A DNA stretch of 64,000 bases, taken from assembly GCF_001677475.2 (NCBI RefSeq), contig NZ_CP015229.1; one strand, 5' to 3'. Under the pieces are notes generated by a model that was not told the DNA's origin, ran no database searches, and saw nothing but the letters and a program-made list of their open reading frames with translations. Of the stretch, positions 37,992 to 52,585 are shown one piece after another (within the stretch, counting starts at the first letter, position 1; every line of letters begins with the position of its first letter). Position numbers and translations under genes: made by a program. Origin of the DNA: Escherichia coli (GTDB lineage: Bacteria > Pseudomonadota > Gammaproteobacteria > Enterobacterales > Enterobacteriaceae).

Positions 37992-39502
37992 TCCTTCAAT
38001 CCCAGACGTTTCGCCAGCCGATGCAGGTTGGCGACGTCGGTTTCCAGCATCCGCGCGCAGGCGGCCCAGTTGTGATGATTTTGTGCCAGTGCCTGGCGAA
38101 TAGTTTCACGCTGGAACGCTTCTGTCGCTTCACGCAGATTTTGCTTAATAACGGGCACCGCCGCCGCTTCTGGCGTCGGCAACGTCACCTCAGGAAAAGC
38201 AAAATGTTGCGCCTCAAGAATCACTTCATCGCCGCTGCGGGTGGCTCTCGACAGTACTACCGCCCGATGAATAGCATGTTCCAGTTCACGCACGTTTCCC
38301 GGAAAACTGTAGTGTTGCAGTAAATTTCGCGCTCCGGAACTTAACACTACGCGGGAGAGCCCCAGCCGCAAACGGCACTGCTCACAGAAATACCCCGCCA
38401 GAAGAGTGACGTCATCGCCCCGCTCACGCAGCGGCGGCACCGAAAGCGGAAACACGCTCAGGCGATGGAACAAATCGGCGCGGAATCGCCCTGCCAGCAC
38501 CTCTTCACGCAAGTCGCGGTTAGTCGCCGCCAGCACGCGCACATCGACCCGCAAACTGCGGTCATCGCCAACGCGCTGAATATCGCCATACTGCAACACC
38601 CGCAGCAGCTTGGCCTGCAATGCCAACGACAACTCGCCGATCTCATCGAGAAACAGCGTGCCGTTATCCGCCATTTCAAACTTCCCGCTGCGGTTACTGA
38701 TAGCGCCAGTAAACGCTCCTTTCACATGCCCGAACAATTCACTTTCCGCCACACTTTCCGGCAGTGCGGCACAGTTGAGATAGACCAGCGGATTCACCGC
38801 CCGTGGCGAGGCTTCATGAATCGCTTTCGCCACCAGCTCCTTACCGGTTCCCGTCTCACCGCTGATTAAGACGTTGAGATCGGACGCCGCCACAATCTCA
38901 ATCTCTTTTTTTAATTGCGTCATACCTGGCGACAGACCGATCATCTGCGTCTGTTTCACCGCTTCAAACGGCGCGGCATCGCCCGGCAGCATATTCTGGC
39001 TTTCCAGTTGCTCAATCAGCAACGCATTGCTTAACGCTCCCGCCGCCAGCGCGGCAATCAGGCGTAACTCTTCGTCGCTGAAAACATCGAACTGATCGGG
39101 CTGCATCCCGTCGAGCGTCAGTGCGCCGATCAGGTTTTGCCCGGCAAACAACGGCAGACCAACGCAGGCGTGAACCTTCAGTCTCTCCTGCCCGGGAATC
39201 AAACCGTCATAGGGATCGGGCAATTCGCTGTCTGCGGGAAAGCGCACCACGTCCCCAGCGCGGGCAATCGCTTCCAGCCGAGGATGCCCTTCCAGCGCAA
39301 AGCGTCTACCGAGTACATCCTTCGCCAGCCCGTCGATGGCAAGCGGAATAAACTGCCGCGAGTCGTAACGTAGCAACGCAGACGCATCGCACTCCAGCAC
39401 CTGACGCAGCGTGGTGATCAGGCGCTGAAAACGATCCTGATGACCAATCCCACGCTGCAATTCGATGGCGATATTCGCCAGCACATCAACGGAAAAACTC
39501 AT
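37988..39502 (-). CDS. norR: Sigma54-dependent NO-responsive activator NorR
   Basis: 504-aa ORF; AAA+ sigma54-activator domain with GETGTGKE and GAFTGA motifs; C-terminal HTH. Confidence 0.92.
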   Translation of the reverse strand: MSFSVDVLANIAIELQRGIGHQDRFQRLITTLRQVLECDASALLRYDSRQFIPLAIDGLAKDVLGRRFALEGHPRLEAIARAGDVVRFPADSELPDPYDGLIPGQERLKVHACVGLPLFAGQNLIGALTLDGMQPDQFDVFSDEELRLIAALAAGALSNALLIEQLESQNMLPGDAAPFEAVKQTQMIGLSPGMTQLKKEIEIVAASDLNVLISGETGTGKELVAKAIHEASPRAVNPLVYLNCAALPESVAESELFGHVKGAFTGAISNRSGKFEMADNGTLFLDEIGELSLALQAKLLRVLQYGDIQRVGDDRSLRVDVRVLAATNRDLREEVLAGRFRADLFHRLSVFPLSVPPLRERGDDVTLLAGYFCEQCRLRLGLSRVVLSSGARNLLQHYSFPGNVRELEHAIHRAVVLSRATRSGDEVILEAQHFAFPEVTLPTPEAAAVPVIKQNLREATEAFQRETIRQALAQNHHNWAACARMLETDVANLHRLAKRLGLKD

Positions 39503-39514
39503 CTTTGCCTCACT

Positions 39515-39570
39515 GTCAATTTGACTATTGATATTGTCATATTGACCATTTTATTGATAGTCATTTTGAC
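39515..39570. promoter_or_regulatory. Three NorR binding sites (GT-N7-AC) in the norR-norV intergenic region
   Basis: gtcaatttgac (39515-25), gtcatattgac (39536-46), gtcattttgac (39560-70). Confidence 0.8.
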
Positions 39571-39625
39571 TACTCACTAATGAGCATAAATTAATTTATA
39601 CATTAAAAACAATCAGATAAAAAAC

Positions 39626-39642
39626 TGGCACGCAATCTGCAA
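39626..39642 (+). promoter_or_regulatory. Sigma54 (-24/-12) promoter of norVW
   Basis: tggcacgcaatctgca fits the TGGCAC-N5-TTGC class, about 45 bp upstream of the norV start. Confidence 0.75.
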
Positions 39643-39688
39643 TTAACAAGACATCTTTTTAGAACACGCTGAATAAATTGAGGTTGCT

Positions 39689-41128
39689 ATGTCTATTGTG
39701 GTGAAAAATAACATTCATTGGGTGGGTCAACGTGACTGGGAAGTACGTGATTTTCACGGCACGGAATATAAAACGCTGCGCGGCAGCAGCTACAACAGCT
39801 ACCTCATCCGCGAAGAAAAAAACGTGCTGATCGACACCGTCGACCATAAATTCAGCCGCGAATTTGTGCAGAACCTGCGTAATGAAATCGATCTGGCGGA
39901 TATCGATTACATCGTGATTAACCATGCAGAAGAGGACCACGCCGGGGCGCTGACTGAACTGATGGCGCAAATTCCCGATACGCCGATCTACTGTACAGCC
40001 AACGCTATCGACTCGATAAATGGTCATCACCATCATCCGGAGTGGAATTTTAATGTGGTGAAAACTGGCGACACGCTGGATATCGGCAACGGCAAACAGC
40101 TCATTTTTGTCGAAACACCAATGCTGCACTGGCCGGACAGCATGATGACTTACCTGACAGGCGACGCGGTGCTGTTCAGTAACGATGCTTTCGGTCAGCA
40201 CTACTGCGACGAGCATCTGTTCAACGATGAAGTGGATCAGACCGAGCTTTTCGAGCAGTGCCAGCGTTACTACGCCAATATCCTGACGCCGTTCAGCCGC
40301 CTGGTAACGCCGAAAATTACCGAGATCCTGGGCTTTAACTTGCCAGTCGATATGATAGCGACCTCTCACGGCGTGGTATGGCGCGATAACCCGACGCAAA
40401 TTGTCGAGCTGTACCTGAAATGGGCGGCGGATTATCAGGAAGACAGAATCACCATTTTCTACGACACCATGTCGAATAATACCCGCATGATGGCTGACGC
40501 TATCGCCCAGGGGATCGCGGAAACCGACCCGCGCGTAGCGGTGAAAATTTTCAACGTCGCCCGAAGCGATAAAAACGAAATCCTGACCAATGTCTTCCGC
40601 TCAAAAGGCGTGCTGGTCGGCACTTCGACGATGAATAACGTGATGATGCCGAAAATCGCCGGGCTGGTGGAGGAGATGACCGGATTGCGCTTTCGTAATA
40701 AACGCGCCAGTGCTTTCGGCTCTCACGGCTGGAGCGGCGGTGCGGTGGATCGTCTTTCCACTCGCCTGCAGGATGCAGGTTTCGAAATGTCGCTTAGCCT
40801 GAAAGCCAAATGGCGACCGGATCAGGACGCTCTGGAGTTATGCCGTGAACACGGTCGTGAAATTGCCCGTCAATGGGCGCTTTCGCCGCTGCCGCAGAAC
40901 ACGGTGAATACGGTGGTTAAAGAAGAAACCTGTGCCACCACGACGGCTGACCTCGGCCCACGGATGCAATGCAGCGTCTGCCAGTGGATTTACGATCCGG
41001 CAAAAGGCGAGCCAATGCAGGACGTTGCGCCAGGAACGCCGTGGAGTGAAGTCCCGGATAACTTCCTGTGCCCGGAATGTTCACTCGGCAAAGACGTCTT
41101 TGACGAACTGGCATCGGAGGCAAAATGA
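39689..41128 (+). CDS. norV: Anaerobic NO reductase flavorubredoxin NorV
   Basis: 479-aa ORF; C-terminal rubredoxin CxxC pairs. Confidence 0.92.
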   Translation: MSIVVKNNIHWVGQRDWEVRDFHGTEYKTLRGSSYNSYLIREEKNVLIDTVDHKFSREFVQNLRNEIDLADIDYIVINHAEEDHAGALTELMAQIPDTPIYCTANAIDSINGHHHHPEWNFNVVKTGDTLDIGNGKQLIFVETPMLHWPDSMMTYLTGDAVLFSNDAFGQHYCDEHLFNDEVDQTELFEQCQRYYANILTPFSRLVTPKITEILGFNLPVDMIATSHGVVWRDNPTQIVELYLKWAADYQEDRITIFYDTMSNNTRMMADAIAQGIAETDPRVAVKIFNVARSDKNEILTNVFRSKGVLVGTSTMNNVMMPKIAGLVEEMTGLRFRNKRASAFGSHGWSGGAVDRLSTRLQDAGFEMSLSLKAKWRPDQDALELCREHGREIARQWALSPLPQNTVNTVVKEETCATTTADLGPRMQCSVCQWIYDPAKGEPMQDVAPGTPWSEVPDNFLCPECSLGKDVFDELASEAK

Positions 41129-42258
41129 GCAACGGCATTGTGATCATTGGTTCGGGCTTCGCCGCCCGCCAACTGGTGAAAAATATTCGCAAACAGGACG
41201 CCAGTATTCCATTAACCCTGATTGCCGCCGACAGCATGGATGAGTACAACAAACCTGACCTCAGCCATGTGATCAGTCAGGGGCAACGTGCCGACGACCT
41301 TACCCGCCAGACGGCAGGTGAATTTGCCGAGCAGTTTAATCTGCGCCTGTTTCCGCACACCTGGGTGACGGATATCGATGCCGAAGCCCATGTGGTGAAA
41401 AGTCAGAATAATCAGTGGCAATACGACAAGTTAGTGCTGGCAACCGGTGCCAGCGCCTTTGTCCCGCCAGTGCCCGGGCGTGAGTTAATGCTGACGTTAA
41501 ATAGTCAGCAAGAGTATCGCGCCTGTGAAACGCAACTGCGGGATGCCCGACGCGTGTTGATTGTCGGCGGTGGTTTGATTGGTAGCGAACTGGCGATGGA
41601 TTTTTGTCGTGCAGGCAAAGCGGTCACGCTAATCGACAACGCTGCCAGTATTCTGGCATCGTTAATGCCACCGGAAGTAAGCAGCCGCTTGCAGCATCGG
41701 TTGACGGAGATGGGCGTTCATCTGCTGTTGAAATCTCAGTTGCAGGGGCTGGAAAAAACGGATTCTGGCATTCGGGCAACGCTGGATCGCCAACGCAGCA
41801 TCGAAGTGGACGCGGTAATTGCCACAACCGGACTGCGCCCGGAAACCGCCCTGGCACGACGCGCCGGGCTGACGATTAATCGCGGCGTTTGCGTCGATAG
41901 TTATCTGCAAACCAGTAATGCCGATATTTATGCGCTGGGCGATTGCGCAGAAATTAACGGTCAGGTACTGCCGTTCCTCCAGCCGATTCAACTTAGCGCG
42001 ATGGTGCTGGCAAAAAATCTTCTCGGCAATAACACGCCGCTGAAACTACCGGCGATGCTGGTGAAAATCAAAACGCCGGAATTACCGCTGCATCTGGCAG
42101 GCGAAACCCAGCGTCAGGATTTACGCTGGCAGATTAATACCGAACGCCAGGGAATGGTGGCGCGCGGCGTTGACGATGCTGACCAGCTTCGCGCCTTTGT
42201 GGTCAGTGAGGATCGGATGAAAGAGGCATTTGGATTGTTGAAAACGTTGCCGATGTAG
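41125..42258 (+). CDS. norW: NADH:flavorubredoxin reductase NorW
   Basis: 377-aa ORF; FAD motif GSGFAARQ and second dinucleotide fold GGGLIGSE. Confidence 0.9.
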   Translation: MSNGIVIIGSGFAARQLVKNIRKQDASIPLTLIAADSMDEYNKPDLSHVISQGQRADDLTRQTAGEFAEQFNLRLFPHTWVTDIDAEAHVVKSQNNQWQYDKLVLATGASAFVPPVPGRELMLTLNSQQEYRACETQLRDARRVLIVGGGLIGSELAMDFCRAGKAVTLIDNAASILASLMPPEVSSRLQHRLTEMGVHLLLKSQLQGLEKTDSGIRATLDRQRSIEVDAVIATTGLRPETALARRAGLTINRGVCVDSYLQTSNADIYALGDCAEINGQVLPFLQPIQLSAMVLAKNLLGNNTPLKLPAMLVKIKTPELPLHLAGETQRQDLRWQINTERQGMVARGVDDADQLRAFVVSEDRMKEAFGLLKTLPM

Positions 42259-42279
42259 GCGGGCTACTGTACCTAAAAT

Positions 42280-42366
<87 letters not shown>

Positions 42367-42386
42367 GTGTCCAAATGCAGCACGTT

Positions 42387-44639
42387 TTATCCGTTCTGGA
42401 CTTCCCCTGCCAACCAACGCGCCGCAGCAATAACCCCCTGCCCCAGAGACAAACCGCCATCACCTGCCGGTAAACTCTGTGGAAAGAGCAATGTGAAATC
42501 AGCGAGATAATGCGCCAGACGTGCACGCAGCAAACGGTTATGAATAACCCCGCCGCTAAATACCAGCGTAGTGATACCGTGCATCGTGGCCTGCTCACGC
42601 ATCAATGCGGCAAAACCCTGCGCCAGCGTATCATGAAACGCCCACGCGCGTTGATTAACCGGTGCCTGCCAGTTCAGCCACTGCTGCCAGAAGGTGGCGA
42701 GATCCAGTTGATTGTCCACCAGCGGCATCGTCACCGGATGCGTCACTCCGTGGCACGAAGCTGCGAGCGCCTCCAGAGCACAAGCCGCTTCACCTTCATA
42801 ACTTAACGTGGCTGGCGCACAACCCAGTGCCGCCGCCACAGCATCGAACAAACGCCCACACGATGACGCCAGCGGCGCGTTAATTCCACGCTCAATGGCC
42901 CGCGCCAGCACGCTCCAGTTTTGCTGTTGCACACTTGCCGTTTCAGGGTAATTCTGCCACTGCGGCACAAAGCGCAGGCACTGCGCCAGCAGGTTACGCC
43001 ACGGCTGCTTTGCAGCCAAATCGCCCCCCGGAAGCGCCACCGCAGGCAAGCCGCCCAGGTGCTCACATTCGCGATAGTTCACCCGCAGGCACTCGCCGCC
43101 CCACAAAGCGCCGTTCTCCCCCATACCGATACCGTCGAGCGTCAACGCAATGACATCACCGCCATCCAGCGGCCAGTGATGTTCTGCCAGACACGCCGCT
43201 GCGTGGGCATGATGATGAAGCACCGTTTGCGTCGGCAGATTCATTTCGCTCGCCCACTGGCTGGAGACATAGCCCGGATGCACGTCATGCACAACGTATT
43301 GCGGGGTAAAATCGTAGATGTTTTGCATCAGGCGTAACGCTTCGCGCCACTGCATCTGGATGCCATCGTCACTTAAATCGCCCAGATGCTGACTCAACAC
43401 CGCTTGCTCACCGCGCACCAGGCAGAAGGTATTTTTCAGATCCGCGCCGAGACACAGCACAGGCGGAACATTTTTAAAGCCCGGAGGCAAAGCCAGCGCA
43501 TCCGGCACATACCCCCGCGAACGGCGCAGCATTTCGCCGCTTTCGCGCACCACCGAATCATCCATCCGCTGCACGATGTCGCGGTTATGTATCAAGAATC
43601 CGTCGGCAATGCCCTGCAAATCCGCCAGCGCCTGTTCGTTGCTGATAGCTGGTGGTTTACCGCTCAGGTTGCCGGAGGTCATCACCAGCGGGCATTGCAG
43701 TTCCTGTAACAGCAAATGCTGGAGCGGGTTCGCAGGCAACATTACCCCGACTTCGTTAAGGCCAGGGGCGATATCATCACAAAGCTCAGGTACATATTTT
43801 TTATCCACCAGCACAATCGGCGCGGCGGGCGTGGTAAGCAACTGGCGCGCAGCGTCTGGTAAACCGTCAGCCACTGGCAACATGACCGCCAGCGGTTTCG
43901 CCGGGCGATGTTTGCGCGCCCGAAGTGTCGCCACCGCGTTACTGTTACGTGCATCGCAGGCAAGATGAAATCCGCCAATCCCTTTGATGGCGACAATGTT
44001 GCCCATTTTTAACTGTGCGATAGCTGCCTGTAATGCCGCCTCTTGTTCCGCATGTTCATCATGACTTACCCATTCAAGATGGGGGCCACACTCCGGGCAG
44101 GCCACCGGCTGGGCGTGGAAGCGACGATCGAGCGGGTCACAGTACTCTTTGTCACAAGCCGGACACAGCGGAAACGCCGCCATCACGGTAAACGGGCGAT
44201 CGTAAGGCATGGCGCGAATAATGGTGAAACGCGGGCCACAGTGGGTACAGTTGATAAACGGATAACGCCAGCGTCGTTCGCCTGGGGTATTCATTTCGGC
44301 AAGGCAAGCAGGGCAAGTCGCGGCATCGGGAACAATTTGCGTATTCATGACGCCACCCGCGCTCTGGCGGATGGTGAACTCAGTGGGCAGTTGTGACCAG
44401 ATAAACGGCTCACGCTCGACGCTATCAATACGCGCCAGTGGCGGGCAGTGCTGATGCAATTGAACAAGAAACGCTTCCGGATCTTCCAGCAGCCGGACTT
44501 CTACGCCATCGCCGTCATTACAGACATCGCCGTGAAGATTTAATTGCTGTGCCAGTTGCCAGACAAACGGACGAAAACCGACGCCCTGCACTTTGCCACG
44601 AATACGCAGTTGGACACCGCAAGATGTGTTTTTTGCCAT
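42387..44639 (-). CDS. hypF: Carbamoyltransferase HypF (hydrogenase maturation)
   Basis: ORF 42387..44711; recognised start [24 protein letters not shown]; two zinc-finger CxxC pairs. Confidence 0.92.
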   Translation of the reverse strand: MAKNTSCGVQLRIRGKVQGVGFRPFVWQLAQQLNLHGDVCNDGDGVEVRLLEDPEAFLVQLHQHCPPLARIDSVEREPFIWSQLPTEFTIRQSAGGVMNTQIVPDAATCPACLAEMNTPGERRWRYPFINCTHCGPRFTIIRAMPYDRPFTVMAAFPLCPACDKEYCDPLDRRFHAQPVACPECGPHLEWVSHDEHAEQEAALQAAIAQLKMGNIVAIKGIGGFHLACDARNSNAVATLRARKHRPAKPLAVMLPVADGLPDAARQLLTTPAAPIVLVDKKYVPELCDDIAPGLNEVGVMLPANPLQHLLLQELQCPLVMTSGNLSGKPPAISNEQALADLQGIADGFLIHNRDIVQRMDDSVVRESGEMLRRSRGYVPDALALPPGFKNVPPVLCLGADLKNTFCLVRGEQAVLSQHLGDLSDDGIQMQWREALRLMQNIYDFTPQYVVHDVHPGYVSSQWASEMNLPTQTVLHHHAHAAACLAEHHWPLDGGDVIALTLDGIGMGENGALWGGECLRVNYRECEHLGGLPAVALPGGDLAAKQPWRNLLAQCLRFVPQWQNYPETASVQQQNWSVLARAIERGINAPLASSCGRLFDAVAAALGCAPATLSYEGEAACALEALAASCHGVTHPVTMPLVDNQLDLATFWQQWLNWQAPVNQRAWAFHDTLAQGFAALMREQATMHGITTLVFSGGVIHNRLLRARLAHYLADFTLLFPQSLPAGDGGLSLGQGVIAAARWLAGEVQNG

Positions 44640-44791
44640 TAAGTTATTCCCGCCATCATGAATTGCGTAACCCGCCCAGCCGGACACGACAGCGTCGCAT
44701 CCGGCAGTCACAGGTCGGCGATACCGCCCGCTTCGTATTCTACGAATATTTCCGGGAATTCCTTTGATGCCAGAACAGTTCTGTAAGATTT

Positions 44792-45319
44792 TTAGAACAT
44801 CAGCGCCGTACGGCGACGTTTTTCTGCGCTCAGTTGTTCAAGTTTATTACGATCGACACAAATCAGCGCATGAGTCGGGCAAGCCGCCATACACGCCGGG
44901 CCGTCTTCACGATGGTTGCACAGGTCGCATTTATTGGCTTCGGCTTTGTCAGCTCGTACGTTAAGTCCTGCGCCGCTGTTGCGAATCACCGGACGTACCA
45001 CCACTTCCATCGCGCCATACGGGCAAGCCACAACGCAGGTTTTGCAACCAATACAACGTTCCTGCATCACATGAACAAACCCTTTATCACGACTGATAGC
45101 ACCATTCGGGCAGACGTTAGCGCACGGTGCATCTTCACACTGACGGCAAACTGTCGCCGTGGAAATGTTCACACCTTTAATGACATGGATTCGCGGTAAA
45201 AAAGTTTCCGGGGTCAGCGATGCACAGTCCTGATTCTCCTGATGAGAAACCACGCACGCCACTTCACAGGTACGGCAACCAATACATTTACTCGCGTCAG
45301 CAATGATGAAACGGTTCAT
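44792..45319 (-). CDS. hydN: Ferredoxin-like electron-transport protein HydN
   Basis: ORF 44792..45334; four 4Fe-4S cysteine clusters; recognised start [15 protein letters not shown]. Confidence 0.88.
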   Translation of the reverse strand: MNRFIIADASKCIGCRTCEVACVVSHQENQDCASLTPETFLPRIHVIKGVNISTATVCRQCEDAPCANVCPNGAISRDKGFVHVMQERCIGCKTCVVACPYGAMEVVVRPVIRNSGAGLNVRADKAEANKCDLCNHREDGPACMAACPTHALICVDRNKLEQLSAEKRRRTALMF

Positions 45320-45467
45320 CAAATTCTCCAGCAATAACAGTTAATGCGCCGATACATTCACAAATCATGCCAGTTTTTAATACACTGTTATTTAAGGAAA
45401 TTAATTTCTGTAATGCAGGAAAAATGATGTCATCGACACTAGTGACGATGACATGTGATGACAATTT

Positions 45468-46478
45468 TTATCGCGAAAGAGCAATGAGTGAGTCGCGGCG
45501 GATCAGTTTTCCGCTGAAGGTTTTCGGCGGTGAGAAATCCCCGCCATCGAGCATAAAAATCAGCCGTCCAATAATTTCCTGAATCATCTCAGTCACCGGA
45601 ATTTTTACGCTGGAGAGCGCCGGAACGATATAGGGGGCAATGGCGATATCATCGAATCCGATAACTGACACCTGCTCTGGCACCGCTACGCCGCGCTCGT
45701 GTAACGCTTTCATCGCACCTATCGCCATATCGTCGTTACTGGCAACTAACGCGCTAAATTTAGCCCCACGTTCGAGCAACGTTTCTACCCCTTCGGCACC
45801 GCTGGCGGGCGTCCATTTACCGTTAGCGATAAGTTTTTCATTGAACGCAATACCATGCTGCGCCAGCGCGTCTTTATATCCGGCAAGACGTTCAATGCTG
45901 GTGGGGGAATCCATCGAGCCGGTAAGGAAAGCAATCTCCTGATGTCCGGCGTTTATCAACTCTGCCACGGCGTTAAAGCTGGTCTGTTTATGATCGCACC
46001 AGACGCTATGGCTGCTGTTTTTGCGCAGGCGGCGATTAAGCACCATTATCGGCTGACTGTGTGCGTCAATGATGTCATCAATCTCATCCACGCTTAAAAA
46101 ACGCGGGTAAATCATAATGGCGTCGCAGCGCAAATCCAGCAGATACTGAATCGCCTGGCGCTCTTCTTCGGCGCTATGTTTACCATCTGCCAATAGCAAC
46201 TGTCGCCCTTTCTCTTCCGCCATTCGCGCGGCATGAAACAGTAATTCACTAAAATAAATGCCGTGGTAAAGCGTGTTGGTCACTACCAGCCCCAGCGTCT
46301 GAGTACTCTTCGCCGACAGATTGCGCGCCAGCAAATTTGGGCGGTAACCGCTCTCTTCTACCGCCTGAAACACGCGATCTTTCGTCTCCTGGCTGACGTA
46401 GCCATTACCTGAAAGCACGCGGGAAACGGTCGCTTTTGAAACCCCGGCGCGCTTCGCCACTTCCAGCATCGTCGTCAT
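45468..46478 (-). CDS. ascG: LacI/GalR-family repressor AscG
   Basis: ORF 45468..46544; recognised start MTTMLEVAKRAGVSKATVSRVLSG with HTH. Confidence 0.88.
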   Translation of the reverse strand: MTTMLEVAKRAGVSKATVSRVLSGNGYVSQETKDRVFQAVEESGYRPNLLARNLSAKSTQTLGLVVTNTLYHGIYFSELLFHAARMAEEKGRQLLLADGKHSAEEERQAIQYLLDLRCDAIMIYPRFLSVDEIDDIIDAHSQPIMVLNRRLRKNSSHSVWCDHKQTSFNAVAELINAGHQEIAFLTGSMDSPTSIERLAGYKDALAQHGIAFNEKLIANGKWTPASGAEGVETLLERGAKFSALVASNDDMAIGAMKALHERGVAVPEQVSVIGFDDIAIAPYIVPALSSVKIPVTEMIQEIIGRLIFMLDGGDFSPPKTFSGKLIRRDSLIALSR

Positions 46479-46737
46479 CATTTTCATCCCTTTACACGCA
46501 ATCAACGCAGTGTACTGCACCGTTTGCCGATTGTCCTTGCGCAATCGGCGGGAAAAATATTCAGGTGACCGGTTTCACAAATATAAAAAATGAACAATTA
46601 ACTCTCTTGCTTATTCAGTGACAACTATTCATGATTTTGTGAAACCGGTTTCCTAATTCCGTTTCAGCATCGGCATTTTTCCGTCACGTCGACTGATAAC
46701 AACTACATCTACCCTACTGATAACAGGATAAAATCCG

Positions 46738-49628
<2,891 letters not shown>

Positions 49629-49636
49629 GTAACATT

Positions 49637-49718
49637 GCCGGATGTGGCGTGAACGCCTTATCCGGCTTACATAGTTCGTGCGACATGTAGGCCCGATAAG
49701 CGCAGCGCATCGGGCAAT
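49637..49718. repeat. REP/BIME palindromic repeats downstream of ascB
   Basis: gccggatgtggcgtgaacgccttatccggcttaca and atgtaggcccgataagcgcagcgcatcgggcaat. Confidence 0.65.
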
Positions 49719-49741
49719 CTGGAGTTTGGCATCAGTCAAAA

Positions 49742-50161
49742 TCAAAGAAACCATTCCGGCTTAACGCCAAATCGGGCTGAAAGTGCCTTAATATGGGATA
49801 TTGTCAGGGATCGTTGCCCAGACAAAATCTGACTGACCAGGGATTTAGAGCCGATTTCGTTCTTCAAATCCGCGTAGGTCAGATTATGTTGATCAATCAG
49901 CGTACGAAGTAACGCCACGCCAACCGGCATTGCTGCAACGGCTTTGTCGAACTCTGCAAACTTTTCGTTATTGTTTTCATATTCTGCAATGCGGCTCGCC
50001 AGAAAGTCGATAAGTGGATTGGTGTCATCTTCTTCAATCAAATATTCGACCAGTTCCAGTGCTTCACGATAATCATCTTCTGAGTCACTGCCTCCCAGAA
50101 AGGGGACTGCATTGACCAGTTCTCTTGTTGCTTTAACAGCGCGTGCAGCATTAGCAGTCAT
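49742..50161 (-). CDS. HigA-like XRE-family HTH antitoxin
   Basis: 139-aa ORF; C-terminal XRE HTH (IGSKSLVSQILSGQRSLTISHIKALSARFGV) and N-terminal region resembling chromosomal HigA (YgjM) as recalled. Confidence 0.65.
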   Translation of the reverse strand: MTANAARAVKATRELVNAVPFLGGSDSEDDYREALELVEYLIEEDDTNPLIDFLASRIAEYENNNEKFAEFDKAVAAMPVGVALLRTLIDQHNLTYADLKNEIGSKSLVSQILSGQRSLTISHIKALSARFGVKPEWFL

Positions 50162-50186
50162 TCTTGGTTCTCTCTGTAGTATCGTG

Positions 50187-50288
50187 TCAGACGCCCACTT
50201 TTCTAAAATGCCAGTTTTGATCGGTATAATAAGGCATGGTCAGGAGAGGTTTCAGCGCCCGCTTTTGTGCGTATTCGCTGTCACTCAT
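50187..50288 (-). pseudogene. 33-codon ORF upstream of the HigA-like gene; possible remnant of a HigB/RelE-type toxin gene
   Basis: MSDSEYAQKRALKPLLTMPYYTDQNWHFRKVGV; stop is 25 nt upstream of the antitoxin ATG; in-frame stop 10 codons upstream of its ATG. Confidence 0.3.
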
Positions 50289-50396
50289 CGGCAGATATTC
50301 GGTAAAGCTGGTGGCCTACGCAGGAAGCACTAAGCTCAATAAAAAAGCGCACATCCCTGTCCTGATTTTCAATTCCCTGAATTCCTTAATGAAGAA

Positions 50397-50867
50397 CTAC
50401 TCTTCTTCCACCGCTAACTGCGCGAAGCCGCCATTCCCTTCCCAGCCTTCCAGTCGTTGATAAACGGTTTCTACCGCATCTTTAATCGGTTGGGTCATCG
50501 GATAGTAAAAGCCGACGATATCCGGCTGGATACCAAGGAAAATCACTTCGCCAATGTCTTCTTTTAACTGGTCGATAAGGTAATTCAACGGCATGTTATG
50601 GGTAGTCATCATAAACATCTCGGCGATGTCATCCGGGTCGATGATGCGGATCTCGCCGGGGTTTAGCCCCATATCCGTGGCGTCGACAATCAGTAACCGC
50701 GTAGGGCGCAGTTCACGGATGGCGACAATGTCGTTTTCCGGTGCGCTACCGCCGTCAATCACCACCCAATTACCTTTCGGCGCGGCGGCGCACTTTTCCG
50801 CCAGCAGCGGACCTGCGCCATCATCGCCCATCATGCTATTGCCAACACAGAGTAAAACGTCAGTCAC
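50397..50867 (-). CDS. hycI: Hydrogenase 3 maturation protease HycI
   Basis: 156-aa ORF; synteny. Confidence 0.9.
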   Translation of the reverse strand: MTDVLLCVGNSMMGDDGAGPLLAEKCAAAPKGNWVVIDGGSAPENDIVAIRELRPTRLLIVDATDMGLNPGEIRIIDPDDIAEMFMMTTHNMPLNYLIDQLKEDIGEVIFLGIQPDIVGFYYPMTQPIKDAVETVYQRLEGWEGNGGFAQLAVEEE

Positions 50868-51270
50868 GCAGTCTCCTCACCATCAAATAGATGGCGTTTT
50901 CCTGATGAATATCATGCAGCATACTTAACAGCATTGTACTCCATTCCTGCTGCTGCGAAGTTTGCGCTGCCCGGGCTTTATCGAATGCGTTGGCCAGCAT
51001 CGGCACATGGTTAATGTCGATGACGATCTCACCATATTTCGGCACGCCTTCCATTTTGCGGCGGGCTTCGCTGCCCGCCTCCAGAGTGGCAATCCATGCC
51101 AGATATTCATCCCACGGGCAGGTGAGCGCCGCTTCCAGGCAATCGATAACCCCAAGGTGGTGACCAATCGCCAGGCTGTAATAGACCACCTGCTGCGCCT
51201 CGGCGGGCGTGGCATCGTTCTCATCAATAAATTTACGGCTCAGTTGACTGAACACCACCTTTTCACTCAT
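50860..51270 (-). CDS. hycH: Formate hydrogenlyase maturation protein HycH
   Basis: 136-aa ORF; synteny. Confidence 0.9.
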   Translation of the reverse strand: MSEKVVFSQLSRKFIDENDATPAEAQQVVYYSLAIGHHLGVIDCLEAALTCPWDEYLAWIATLEAGSEARRKMEGVPKYGEIVIDINHVPMLANAFDKARAAQTSQQQEWSTMLLSMLHDIHQENAIYLMVRRLRD

Positions 51271-52034
51271 CGGATACGCGCCTCTTCAACAACATGATTC
51301 AGATGGCTGACAATCTCGTTCAGACGCGGATCGTTTTCCGCTTCCAGCCAGCGTGCAACCTGCTCTTCGCCCTGCCCTAACCGTGTAAGGTAATCATCGG
51401 CAATCTGGCGACCGTAGCGGTAACCCGCCAGGCGACGCGCTTCGCGATCCACTTTCACGCGCAGCGGCTGCACCATATCCGGATGCAGAATCTCTGCCGG
51501 TTGCTCATCCAGTTCGCCTGGCTCACGGGCGTGGATTTTCTGCTCCAGCAGGCCGAGCGCCATTGCAAAGCCGTACAGCGTGGCGGCAGGCGTTGGCGGG
51601 CAACCTGGGATGTAAACATCCACCGGGACGATTTTATCCGTACCGCCCCACACGCAGTAGAGATCGTGGAAAATGCCCCCGCTGTTGCCGCAGGCACCGT
51701 AGGAGATACAGATTTTCGGATCCGGCGCGGACTGCCACGCACGCAGCGCAGGGGATCGCATTGCACGGGTGACCGCGCCGGTAAACAGTAAAATATCCGC
51801 ATGACGCGGGGACGGAACAACTTTAATACCGAAGCGTTCTGCATCGAACAGCGGCGAAAGCGTGGCGAAAATTTCAATTTCGCAGCCGTTGCAGCCACCG
51901 CAGTCCACGCGGTAAACGTAGGCAGAACGTTTGATTTTTTTCAGTAACGACGCCTTCATGCTGGCGATGGATTCATCCACCGTCATCGGAACCGGAATGC
52001 CGTTGGCGTCACGGGGGCCTAATAAATTGCTCAT
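51267..52034 (-). CDS. hycG: Hydrogenase 3 small subunit HycG
   Basis: 255-aa ORF; NuoB-like Fe-S cysteine motifs. Confidence 0.92.
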   Translation of the reverse strand: MSNLLGPRDANGIPVPMTVDESIASMKASLLKKIKRSAYVYRVDCGGCNGCEIEIFATLSPLFDAERFGIKVVPSPRHADILLFTGAVTRAMRSPALRAWQSAPDPKICISYGACGNSGGIFHDLYCVWGGTDKIVPVDVYIPGCPPTPAATLYGFAMALGLLEQKIHAREPGELDEQPAEILHPDMVQPLRVKVDREARRLAGYRYGRQIADDYLTRLGQGEEQVARWLEAENDPRLNEIVSHLNHVVEEARIR

Positions 52035-52576
52035 CAGATGGCCTCTTTCATATGGCGAGTCAGTTCAATACGGTCGGACGGCACCAGGCATTTCTGGCGC
52101 TTACATTCCGGGCAAGTCTCAAAGCTTTCGCGGTGGTTTTCCGCGCGGCTGTCGCCGTTGTGCTTAAGCAGCGCAATGGCGTAGTCGATCTCTTTCTGGA
52201 CGGCGAAAGGACGATTGCAGACGCGGCAGTTGCACAGCGCGAAGCGGGACTGTTGCAGGAAGTCTTCTTTCTTCCACACCGCCAGTTCGTACTCTTGCGA
52301 CAGTTTGATCGCCGCCGTCGGGCAAACTTCTTCGCAGCGTCCACAGAAGATGCAGCGGCCAAGATTGAACTCCCAGGCCAACTCACCGGTGGCGAGGTCA
52401 GTTTCAACCGTTAAGGCGTTTGACGGGCAGGCATTGACGCAGGCCGCGCAGCCGATGCACTGCTGCGGGTTCTGCTCTGGCTTACCACGGAAGTTTTTAT
52501 CAACCGCAATCGGCTCCAGCGGATAAGACGAGGTCGCCGTGCCGGTTTTGATGACTTTTTTGATAAAGGTAAACAT
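52034..52576 (-). CDS. hycF: Formate hydrogenlyase Fe-S subunit HycF
   Basis: 180-aa ORF with two CxxCxxCxxxCP ferredoxin motifs. Confidence 0.92.
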   Translation of the reverse strand: MFTFIKKVIKTGTATSSYPLEPIAVDKNFRGKPEQNPQQCIGCAACVNACPSNALTVETDLATGELAWEFNLGRCIFCGRCEEVCPTAAIKLSQEYELAVWKKEDFLQQSRFALCNCRVCNRPFAVQKEIDYAIALLKHNGDSRAENHRESFETCPECKRQKCLVPSDRIELTRHMKEAI

Positions 52577-52585
52577 GGCGATTCC

